Positions 1 to 8,864 of a stretch of 64,000 nt of DNA are shown here, piece after piece. How positions within the stretch are numbered: position 1 is the stretch's first letter; each line of letters begins with the position of its first letter. The stretch is taken from contig CAVYSY010000045.1 in assembly GCA_963771175.1 (NCBI GenBank), positions 64,001-128,000 on the forward strand, read 5' to 3'. The translations under genes and the position numbers were made by a program. The notes under the pieces were generated by a model, which was not told the DNA's origin, did no database searches, and saw nothing but the letters and a program-made list of their open reading frames with translations. This DNA is from an uncultured delta proteobacterium. Its GTDB lineage: Bacteria; Myxococcota; Myxococcia; Myxococcales; Myxococcaceae.

Positions 1-1471
1 CCATGCCGGCCGTCCACGTGGCCGCGCTGAAGAACCCGGTGCTGATGGGGGGCCCCTACATCAACCACGGCGCGGAGCGGGTGGGGGAGGTGAAGGCGCT
101 GCTGGAGCGCACCCTCCGGGAGCAGGCTTCCTCGCTGCGGTTCGCCCAGGCGGTGGCGGAGCTGGACAAGCTGCTGGCCACCGCCAATGGCTCCTCGCTC
201 GAGGAGCTGTACCGGAAGGTGCCCGACCTGCTCCAGGGGTACGTGGAGCTGACCTATGATCTCAATAACCGTGCGTCGCCGCGCTTCTTCGAGGCGCTCC
301 TCTACCGCGGCCCCCACTACAAGGAGTCGTCGCAGAGCGTGGCGCTCCGGCTGCTAGAGGGGGACGCGCGGCCCTATGTCTTCAGTACGCCCCGGCTCGA
401 CTCGATGAACGACACCCTGCACGTGCGAGTGCCTTTCCGGCACGAGGCGCTGGATGGGCTCTTCGCCATGCGGCACACGCCCGGTTCGGTGGAGTCCATC
501 CGCGAGGCGCTGGGGATCGCCCCCGAGGACTCGGAGCGGTTCTCCACCTTCTTCACGGAGCAGCCTCCACGCCCGACGCCTCGCTATGACGGCGAGGGCG
601 TCCGGGTGCGCTACTTCGGCCACGCGTGCGTGCTCATCGAGTCGCAGGACGTGAGCATCCTCACGGATCCGGTCGTCAGCTACGAGTTCCCCACGGAGCT
701 GCCCCGCTACACCCACGCGGATCTGCCGGAGAAGATCGACTACGTCCTCATCACCCATGGCCATGCCGACCACCTGATGCTGGAGACGCTGCTGCCGCTG
801 CGCGGTCGGATCGGCACGCTCGTGGTCCCCGCGAGCAGCGGCGGCGGGCTGGCGGACCCCTCCCTCAAGCTGTTGCTGCGGAACGTGGGCTTCCGCCGCG
901 TCGTCACCCTGGAGGAGCTGGAGACCCTGGAGCTCCCCGGATGGTTCGATCACGGGCCTGCCCTTTCTCGGCGAGCACGGCGACCTGAACATCCGGGCGA
1001 AGCTGGCCCACCTCATCCGGCTCGAGGGCAAGTCCCTGCTGATGGCGGCGGACTCCAATGCCATCGAGCCGCGCCTGTACGATCATGTCCAGGCGCGCGG
1101 TGGGAGACATCGACGCGCTGTTCCTCGGGCATGGAGTCCGAGGGCGGTCCGCTGAGCTGGATGTACGGGCCGCTGCCTGCCCGCGCCGCTGCCGCGCAAG
1201 CATGGACCAGTCCCGACGGCTCAACGGCTCCAATTGCGAGCGGGCCATCGAGATCGTCAAGCGGCTCAACCCGACCCAGGTCTACATCTACGCCATGGGG
1301 CGCGAGCCCTGGATGGGCCATGTCATGGTGATGGGCTATCACGAGAACTCGCCGCAGCTCGTCGAGGCCCGCAAGCTCATCGCCTGGTGCCGGGAGCGGG
1401 GCATCTCCGCCAGCCTGCCCTATGTGCCGGGCCGAGTTCTTCCTCGGCGCTTGAACGATACGTGGACCTGA
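1..1471 (+). CDS. CmlA-like MBL-fold diiron beta-hydroxylase, 5'-truncated by the window edge, with several apparent frameshifts after ~940
   Basis: YFGHACVLIE, ILTDP and THGHADH (HxHxDH) motifs. The C-terminal part (YIYAMGREPW) continues in other frames. True stop is at 1454 or 1471. Confidence 0.7.
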
Positions 1472-1473
1472 CC

Positions 1474-2226
1474 ATGCCCCCTCCTGTCTCCAAGAACCCC
1501 TGGTTCCATAGCCAGAGCAACCCGCGAGCCCGCCTGCGCTTGATTTGCTTTCCGTATGCGGGAGGTGGTGCCTCGCTCTACAGCGGCTGGGGGGCGCGGC
1601 TCCCGGATGTGGAGGTGTGCGCCGTCCAGCTCCCAGGCCGGGAGCGTCGTGTTCGGGAGGCGCCGCTCCGCGAGATGTCCGTCTTGCTGGACGCACTGGA
1701 GCCGGCGCTGGCTCCGCTGGTGGACAAGCCCTTCGTCCTCGTTGGCTACAGCATGGGGGCGGGTATCGCCACGGCGCTCGCGCAGCGCTGGCAGGCCCGA
1801 GGCGGGCCTCTGCCGCGGGGGTTGCTGGTCCTCGCGGCCGGTGCTCCGCATCTGTCGCGGCCGTCACGTGACAAGCTCGATGACGCACGCTTCATCGAGG
1901 TGCTGCGCAATTATGGGGGCACGCCCCCCGAGGTCTTCGAGCACAGCGAGCTGATGGAGATGGTGCTGCCACTTCTGCGCGCCGACTTCGCCCTCTCCGA
2001 CACGGTGCTGCCCGCGGAGCCCGTGCGGTGCCCCATCTCCGTCTGGAGCGCGACCGAGGATCCCTACGTCACCGAGGAGCGGCTCGAGCGCTGGCGCGAG
2101 CTGACCACCCTCGAGTGCAGGGTGCGCCAGTTCCCCGGAAGCCACTTCTTCATCCGGACGGCCTGGGAGCAGGTGGTGGAGGCGCTGCGGGAGGAGCTCC
2201 CTGGCTGGTGCCCTGCCGGCCGCTGA
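1474..2226 (+). CDS. Type II thioesterase (GrsT family)
   Basis: LICFPYAGGGAS, QLPGRE, GYSMG nucleophile motif, LPLLRADF, PGSHFF. ATG at 1474. Confidence 0.9.
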   Translation: MPPPVSKNPWFHSQSNPRARLRLICFPYAGGGASLYSGWGARLPDVEVCAVQLPGRERRVREAPLREMSVLLDALEPALAPLVDKPFVLVGYSMGAGIATALAQRWQARGGPLPRGLLVLAAGAPHLSRPSRDKLDDARFIEVLRNYGGTPPEVFEHSELMEMVLPLLRADFALSDTVLPAEPVRCPISVWSATEDPYVTEERLERWRELTTLECRVRQFPGSHFFIRTAWEQVVEALREELPGWCPAGR

Positions 2227-2240
2227 ATCACTGCTTGAAC

Positions 2241-2846
2241 CTACTGTCCACGTAGCCGGGGCAAGTCCAACTCGGCCTCGTACTCCTCCCGCTGTTGCCG
2301 GGACGAGGGAGGCTGGAGCTTGCGTACCTCGACGAGCTTGCCGGGGTCGTCGAGACGGCTTCCATCCAGGAAGCGCCAACCCGTGCCCTTGCATTCGGGG
2401 CAGGTCCTTCCGTCGACCTTGCCCGTCATCAAGCACTCATCGCACGTGGCGTAGAGTGAGATGATGCGCAGCTCGCCTTCTACTCGCGCGGCGTAGAGGT
2501 TGGCTCCGTAGACGTCGACGATGAATGCTCGCGAGTCGCTGACATAGGCGCGGAAGACGTCTCCGAGCTCGGGATGGAGGTACTGCTTCACCTGGAAGAG
2601 CGTCCTCGGCCTGAGCTGCTCGAGGACCTGCTGTCCCGTCTCGAACCAGTCCTCTCCGAGGATGCCGAGCTCCAGGTCGTCGATGCCGCGGACCCGGGAG
2701 TCCGGCGTCCTGACGCCTTTCAGGAATCCCTCGAATGCCTCGAGCTTCTTCGCGTAGAGGCTGGAGTCCCGTTCGCCGTAGGCGGCCTCCGCCATCTCGT
2801 ATTCAGCCCGGATGAACCGCTGGAAGAAGTCCACCGCCTCGTTCAT
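2241..2846 (-). CDS. Hypothetical protein with CxxCxxxG...CxxCxGxG Zn-finger-like motif; candidate immunity protein
   Basis: CDECLMTG and CPECKGTG motifs. GAGGAG RBS. Lies immediately downstream of the toxin-like gene. Confidence 0.55.
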   Translation of the reverse strand: MNEAVDFFQRFIRAEYEMAEAAYGERDSSLYAKKLEAFEGFLKGVRTPDSRVRGIDDLELGILGEDWFETGQQVLEQLRPRTLFQVKQYLHPELGDVFRAYVSDSRAFIVDVYGANLYAARVEGELRIISLYATCDECLMTGKVDGRTCPECKGTGWRFLDGSRLDDPGKLVEVRKLQPPSSRQQREEYEAELDLPRLRGQ

Positions 2847-2858
2847 CACAGACACTCC

Positions 2859-5800
2859 TCATCCAGAGAACTTCACGTCGCGGAACCCGATCCACAGATC
2901 CGGGCCCGTGAACATCGGATCGATAGTCGGAGCATGAGGGCCCTTGAGGGTGAGGGTGTACTTGACGTTGGCGACCCGTTTCAAGTCAGCGCTGGCTCCG
3001 ATGAGTCCCGTGTTCAACTTGGCCGCGATCTCCTGTTGGAGGTTGTTCTTGTCCCAGTGGGGATAGTGGGCCAGCAGCTTGGCCCCCAGATCCCGCATGA
3101 TGCGTGGAATCAACTGGGGAGCGAGGACCTCCATCCAGTAGACGTTGACCTTGAGATCGAAGGTGACATTCGCCGTGTCCAACGAGAGGGACTCGAGCTG
3201 TCCGAGGTAGGCCCTCCAGGTGTTGTGGATCCGCGTCTCGATGGCCTTCATCACCGGGTCATTGAAGTAGGCGCTCGTGGTGATGAGGTTGAGCGCGTTC
3301 TTGTAGCCGGAGCCGGTGAATTGATCGGCGATCAGGTGGGCATTCACCATGGAGCGGTCGGGCACGTACGCACTGGCTTCACTCGTGTATCCGCGAAGCG
3401 TGATGCCCAGGTCTCGCTTGTGCCGCAGGCCGGTTCCCTGGATCTCCCGGATGAGCCCATCGACACGCTCGACGGTGAACTGGGCGTCCCCCGCGCCCTT
3501 GTAGACGAGCGAGAGGGTCCTGCCATCGGCGCTCTCGAGCCTGCTCAGGATGTCGGGTTTGTATTTGTCGTGGAGGCCCTCGACCTCGGTCTCGAACCGG
3601 GTCTTGTAGTCCCGGTAGATGTGGGCGTCGGTGGCGGCCTCACGCTCGCCCATGAAGATCTGGTTCAGCAGCGCCGCTCTGGCATTCGTGAAGGGCGGCA
3701 GGTTTTGATGGAGCGAGCCCTTGTAGTTGATGAGGACACTCTCGGACTTCTCAGCGGTCCGCTCATCGGCGGGGGCCCCGACATCCGTGAGGGCCTTCTG
3801 GACCTCCTTGATGCCCCGGGCGTGGAACTTCTTCCCGAAGTCGTTGTCCTGGTTCAACGGCCCCTGGAACATCTTCTGGGTGAGCGAGTCATTCGCGATG
3901 GTGCTCCGAGCGGCCTGCCAGTTGGCGAGGCTCTGGTAGGCGGTCGCGTTGTCGGTGAGCGCCTTGCGCAACAGCGGCTGGGCCGTGTCGTCCGCCATGG
4001 CGAGCTGCGGTGCGAACCGCTGGACCGGAGCGGCCCCGGTGTCGCCGAAGAGTTGGAAGAGCTGTTGCAGGATGCCGGAGAGTTGCTGTTCCTGCGATTC
4101 GAGCTGGCTGTCGTCCGGGGGGGTTGGAGTCGAGCCTCCGGTGGAACCGGCGCCGGGCGTGCCCGCGGCCGGGGGCCGGGTGGGGACGTTCCTCCACTCC
4201 TGGGCCAGCGTGTCCGCCGAGGTATCGGCTGCCCGGGTCAACGCCTGGGCCTGGATGAGGAGGCCATGCGCCCGCTGGCGAGGTCTGATCCCCTGTGCAT
4301 CGGGATCATCCGACAGCTCACCCAGCCGGGCATTCCAGCCATCCAGCAGGGTCAGCACTGACGCCGGGGTGCTGGCGACCATGATCGTCGCCCGCGTGCC
4401 CTGGACGTCGACCCACATGCGGTGCGACTCGCCGTCCGCGCTGAAGCGCACCGTCTCTCCCAGCTCGGTGTCGGTGCCCGGCGCGCCGGGTGCCGCCTGC
4501 TCCCGGCCTCCCAGCCCCATGGCGCGCAGCAGCCGCTGGGCCTGATCGGCGATCCACCCGATGACCCGGTCGAGGATGCCCTCCACCCAGTTCTGCATGC
4601 CCTGGATGGCGTCCCGGATGCGATCGGGCAGATTGCCCAGCCCGAGGTAGCCCGCCAGGAAGTCGATGACCGGGGCGATGAGCCGCGCCAGTCCCTGCTC
4701 GATCGCTTTCGCCATGCCGGCGGTGTTGCCGCGCAGGAGGTCGGCAATCCCATTCACCACCGTCTCGACGAGGCTGAAGAGGCGAGCGGCGTTCTCGAAG
4801 ATCCACTTGAGGACCCGGTAGATGGCCTCCAGCGCCTGCAGGATGGCGCCCACCGGGTTGAACATCATCAGGATGCGCGCCGTCACCCGGGTGATGACCG
4901 CCTCCATGATGGCGTCGCGTGCCGCCGTGAGGACCTGATCGAGGATCTCCCGCGGGTTGAGCCGATCCTTGAGCAGCTCGAAGATGCCGGCCGGGCCCTG
5001 CTGCACCAGCGTGGAGATGATCGTCCAGGCCTGCTCGAGCAGCGCCATGTTCCGCTCGCCGATCCGCTTGGCGATGAGACGCCGGATGCGGTCCCACGAG
5101 ATGCCCATGAGCTGCAGGAAGAAGGTGATGAGGCTGCCCAGGGACATGTCCCGCGGAATCTGGATCCCCAGGGTTCCGAGGCCCGAGAAGAGCCACTCGA
5201 CCAGCCCTCGGAGCAGGTGGCTCCCGACGTTGTCGAAGAAGAGGCGGAAGCCCTCGCCCACGGCCCGCATCAGGTTGCCGGCGAAGCCCACCGGATCATC
5301 CGCGATGTCGGCGATGACCTGCTGGATTCGCGCCACCACCGCCCAGAAGGCGGCGGGAGGAATGCCCAGCAGCGACAGCAGCCCCTCGATGATGAAGCGG
5401 GCGGGATCCCTCAGGAAGGAGTCGATGGCATCCGCGATGCGACCGACGAGTCCTCGCGCCCGCTCCCTCAGCCCGTGGACCTGCTGCCGTACCTCCTGGA
5501 CCGCCTGGGAGGCCTGCTGGATGAGCTGCTGGTTGAACTGATCCCTGCGCTGGCGGGCGCTGTCCCTCAACCCATCCAGGCTCTGGCCGAGCCGGGCCTG
5601 CTCACCCGCCGCCCACGCCTGGAGGCTCTCGGGGAGCTGGGAGAACACCTGGGCGATGTCCGCTCGCGCCTGCTCGATGAGGGCCTCGCAGGTGGCGATG
5701 ACGCCGTTGACCTGGCGGGAGATGTCCCGCGCCAGCTCACAGGCACCATCTCCGAACGCGCGCTCGGCCCGGTCGTACTCCTGGACGACCCAGTCCGGCA

Positions 5801-7469
5801 TGCCGGCGACGGCATCCCAGAGCGACACCAGCGCTCCGGTGGCGCCGGAATGGCGCTCCTCGATCGAGCGCTCGACCCGGCGCAGGTCCGACTTGAAGGT
5901 GTTGGACAGCCGCTGGATGCCAGCATCCCAGCGCTGCATGGCGGTGTCGGTCAGCGGGCGCAGCAGCTCCTCGACGCGCCGTTGGGCCTCGTCGAAGATG
6001 GTCTGCGCCCGAGCGCTGGCCTGCGTGCGCATCTGCTCCTCGGAGCCGACCATCCGCCCCTGCTGGGTGCGCGCACCGGTGGTGGTCCGGGTGCGCGAGG
6101 AACGCAGTGCCTCGAGGGCTGCTTCCTGGAGCTGGGCCATGTCGGCCCGGGAGCGGTTGAGCGTGGCTTCCTGCTCGGCGAGCACCTCCGAGGGACCGTC
6201 GGCCGCGGTCTGCTCCAGCTCTCCCTGGGCGCGGCGAGCCTCGGAGATGGGGCCATCCTGCACGAGCCGAGCCGGCTCGCTCTCCATTCCCGCGTCCGCC
6301 ATGCGCTGCTGGTTCGCCGCGACATCCGCGTCCAGGGAGACATTGGCGGCGGGCACCGGGTCCGGCGTGGCGCTCCGCGCGTTGATGGGGGGAGTCGGAG
6401 CCACCTCCGGGGTCGGCGGCATCTCCTGCCCTGGGTCCGGGGGAGCGGGGGCCGGTTCCTGCTGGAGCCCCTGGTAGGCACCCTGGACGCCGCTGACCTC
6501 GCCCTGGACTCCCTGGCCGATCTCCGAGCCCGCATCGCGCGCCATCTCCTCCGGCTTGGCCTCGACCAGCGACTCCTCGTCGGGTGGACGCTTGTTGCGG
6601 ATGACCTGGCGGATGCGCTCGCAGAGTTGCTCGATCTCCGGGCTCGGCTCGGGCTGCTGCCCCAGCGCCTCCACCAGACTTCCCTGGGCGCGGGCCTCCC
6701 GCTCCGCCACGGGCGTGGTGACCGCTTCCCGCGCGTCCGCCACCTGCTCGCCCGCCGGAGGGAGCGAGGACTGGGCGGAGGCGGTCGCGGACGCGCTCGC
6801 CTGGACCGAGGCGACGCGTGCCCGGGCGTTGGGAGAGAGCGTCTCGGGCGGCTCGGGCATCAGCAGGCCGCCGCCTCCTCCTCCCGTGCGCCGGGCGGGT
6901 GCTCCTCCGCCTTCCGCTCCAGCGGCTCCTCCCGTCATGGCCTCCTGTGCGGCACCGCCGCCGCCTCCTTCGCGGGATCGTCTGGGCTCCTCGGCGGAGG
7001 GGACGTTGGCGGGCGTGACGCTCGGGGCTCCAGCGGCCGTCGTGGGTGGAGCACTCACGGCGGAGGTGGACGTTGGCGCGGTGCCCCCCGCCGAAGAAGC
7101 CGATGCAGCCGCGAACGCGACAGTGGCCTGGATGATGGGTGCCGCGGGAGACGGAGCCGCCATGGCCCCGGGAGCCGCCGTGGCCCGAGGTGTGGCCTGG
7201 GCGGGACGGGCCACGGCGGGCGAGGCGCTCGCGGAAGGCGCGGGGCGCTCGGCGGCGCGGGCCCGTGGAGCCGTGGTGGCGGCGGGTGCCCTGGTCGCGG
7301 AGGGCACGGTGGGTCGCTCGGCCTGGCGGATGATGTTGGCGAGGTCCGCCGCGCCGCGAGAGGGCGTCAGCGTGGGGGCTCGCCGCTCGGCGCGAGCGGG
7401 GGCCGTCCCCGTCGCGCGGGCGGGCTGGACGGCGGGGCGGGCCAGGGTGCGAGACCGGCGGGGCTCCAT
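2859..7469 (-). CDS. Putative eCIS cargo effector, polymorphic-toxin-like, with C-terminal DNA/RNA non-specific endonuclease
   Basis: 1536 aa. Ala/Pro/Gly-rich N-terminus, long helical and hydrophobic core, C-terminal NAHLIADQFTGSG...NLITTSAYFN motif. Follows the eCIS ATPase gene. Confidence 0.7.
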   Translation of the reverse strand: MEPRRSRTLARPAVQPARATGTAPARAERRAPTLTPSRGAADLANIIRQAERPTVPSATRAPAATTAPRARAAERPAPSASASPAVARPAQATPRATAAPGAMAAPSPAAPIIQATVAFAAASASSAGGTAPTSTSAVSAPPTTAAGAPSVTPANVPSAEEPRRSREGGGGGAAQEAMTGGAAGAEGGGAPARRTGGGGGGLLMPEPPETLSPNARARVASVQASASATASAQSSLPPAGEQVADAREAVTTPVAEREARAQGSLVEALGQQPEPSPEIEQLCERIRQVIRNKRPPDEESLVEAKPEEMARDAGSEIGQGVQGEVSGVQGAYQGLQQEPAPAPPDPGQEMPPTPEVAPTPPINARSATPDPVPAANVSLDADVAANQQRMADAGMESEPARLVQDGPISEARRAQGELEQTAADGPSEVLAEQEATLNRSRADMAQLQEAALEALRSSRTRTTTGARTQQGRMVGSEEQMRTQASARAQTIFDEAQRRVEELLRPLTDTAMQRWDAGIQRLSNTFKSDLRRVERSIEERHSGATGALVSLWDAVAGMPDWVVQEYDRAERAFGDGACELARDISRQVNGVIATCEALIEQARADIAQVFSQLPESLQAWAAGEQARLGQSLDGLRDSARQRRDQFNQQLIQQASQAVQEVRQQVHGLRERARGLVGRIADAIDSFLRDPARFIIEGLLSLLGIPPAAFWAVVARIQQVIADIADDPVGFAGNLMRAVGEGFRLFFDNVGSHLLRGLVEWLFSGLGTLGIQIPRDMSLGSLITFFLQLMGISWDRIRRLIAKRIGERNMALLEQAWTIISTLVQQGPAGIFELLKDRLNPREILDQVLTAARDAIMEAVITRVTARILMMFNPVGAILQALEAIYRVLKWIFENAARLFSLVETVVNGIADLLRGNTAGMAKAIEQGLARLIAPVIDFLAGYLGLGNLPDRIRDAIQGMQNWVEGILDRVIGWIADQAQRLLRAMGLGGREQAAPGAPGTDTELGETVRFSADGESHRMWVDVQGTRATIMVASTPASVLTLLDGWNARLGELSDDPDAQGIRPRQRAHGLLIQAQALTRAADTSADTLAQEWRNVPTRPPAAGTPGAGSTGGSTPTPPDDSQLESQEQQLSGILQQLFQLFGDTGAAPVQRFAPQLAMADDTAQPLLRKALTDNATAYQSLANWQAARSTIANDSLTQKMFQGPLNQDNDFGKKFHARGIKEVQKALTDVGAPADERTAEKSESVLINYKGSLHQNLPPFTNARAALLNQIFMGEREAATDAHIYRDYKTRFETEVEGLHDKYKPDILSRLESADGRTLSLVYKGAGDAQFTVERVDGLIREIQGTGLRHKRDLGITLRGYTSEASAYVPDRSMVNAHLIADQFTGSGYKNALNLITTSAYFNDPVMKAIETRIHNTWRAYLGQLESLSLDTANVTFDLKVNVYWMEVLAPQLIPRIMRDLGAKLLAHYPHWDKNNLQQEIAAKLNTGLIGASADLKRVANVKYTLTLKGPHAPTIDPMFTGPDLWIGFRDVKFSG

Positions 7470-7517
7470 GACGTCCTCAGTGCGAGAGGGAGCTGCGTGA
7501 CGTCGGGCGTGGGCTCG

Positions 7518-8864
7518 TCACAGCGTCTTGCCCTCCTTCTGGTACTCCCGGCGGACGCCCTCGTGGATGTCGGCCAGGAGGATCTCCCGGCTCTGTCGCT
7601 GGATTGCCATGAGCGAGCAGTACCTCACGACGTTGAGGATGGAGCCGCCCGCGAGCTCGTACCGCTCGGCCAGCTCGGGGAGGAGGACGTCCGGCCCGAG
7701 CGTGCAGACGGGGGAGAACGCGTTGCTCCACAGCCGCAGGCGCTCGGCGGGTTTGGGCATGGGGAAGTGCACCACCGATTGGAAGCGGCGCAGGAACGCG
7801 TCGTCCAGGTTGGCCTTGAGATTCGACGCCAGGATGACGAGGCCCGCGAACTCCTCGAGCCGCTGCAGGAGGTACGCCACCTCCTGGTTGGCGTAGCGGT
7901 CATGCGCGCTGGAGACGCTCGTGCGCTTGCCGAAGAGCGCGTCCGCCTCGTCGAAGAAGAGGATGCAGTCCTGCTGCTCGGCGTGCTGGAAGACGCTCTC
8001 CAGGTTCTTCTCCGTCTCACCGATGTATTTGGACACCACGAGCGAGAGATCGACCCGGAACACGTCCCTCCGGGCCTGCTTGCCGAGGAGCGCGGCGGTG
8101 AGTGTCTTGCCGGTGCCGGGCGGGCCGTGGAAGAGGCACCGGTAGCCGGCGCCCAGCTTCCGCCCCAGGCCCCACTCGTGGAGCAGGGTGTGCCCGCAGT
8201 CCATCCAGGCGCGGATCTCCGCGATCTGATTGGACACGAACGGCTCCAGCACGAGCTCGTCCCACGAGAGCTCGCAGGTGAGCCGCCGGGCGGGGAACGA
8301 GGGCCCGAAGGCGGGGCGCCGCGTGCGGCCGAGGGTGAGGCGATCCACGAGCTCGGGGGACACGGTCAGCCGGGCCGAGCCGAGCGTGTCGAGTCCGGGT
8401 TGGGGCTCGAGCCGCAGGAAGTGGGAGCGGAAGAAGACGTGGGTGCTGTCGAGCAGGGTGCTCGCCGCCATCCGCAGGTGCAGGTCGTCGCCCGCGAGCA
8501 GGAAGAGGGCCGTCTCCGCGGTGGGCTGGAAGCCGCCGTGCGGAGGAACCACGCCGCCGAACTCGGTGAAGGGACGCTCGAGGATGGCGTTGCGGCTCAA
8601 GAACACGTCCAGGGCCTGCGGGCGGACGTGGGGCGCCAGCGCCAGGGCGAGCAGGATGCGCTCGGGAGGCGTGAGCTGGTGCTCCAGGACGAAGCGGGAG
8701 TAGGCCGCGTCAGGGGACCGCGGCTCGGGAGGCGGCAGCTCGTCGATGGAGGCGACGGGACACTCCTGGCCGCAGTGGAGGCGGACGCGGGCGTCGATGA
8801 TCCGCTGGAACCAGTCCAGCTCCGCCTGGAGGGCCGCCGCGTTCGCTTGGAGTTCCGGACTCAT
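7518..8864 (-). CDS. eCIS AAA+ ATPase (Afp15/Pvc15-like)
   Basis: GPPGTGKT Walker A, LFFDEAD Walker B, SKYIGETEKNL, DRYANQEVAYLLQR. ATGA overlap with the upstream gene. Confidence 0.9.
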   Translation of the reverse strand: MSPELQANAAALQAELDWFQRIIDARVRLHCGQECPVASIDELPPPEPRSPDAAYSRFVLEHQLTPPERILLALALAPHVRPQALDVFLSRNAILERPFTEFGGVVPPHGGFQPTAETALFLLAGDDLHLRMAASTLLDSTHVFFRSHFLRLEPQPGLDTLGSARLTVSPELVDRLTLGRTRRPAFGPSFPARRLTCELSWDELVLEPFVSNQIAEIRAWMDCGHTLLHEWGLGRKLGAGYRCLFHGPPGTGKTLTAALLGKQARRDVFRVDLSLVVSKYIGETEKNLESVFQHAEQQDCILFFDEADALFGKRTSVSSAHDRYANQEVAYLLQRLEEFAGLVILASNLKANLDDAFLRRFQSVVHFPMPKPAERLRLWSNAFSPVCTLGPDVLLPELAERYELAGGSILNVVRYCSLMAIQRQSREILLADIHEGVRREYQKEGKTL

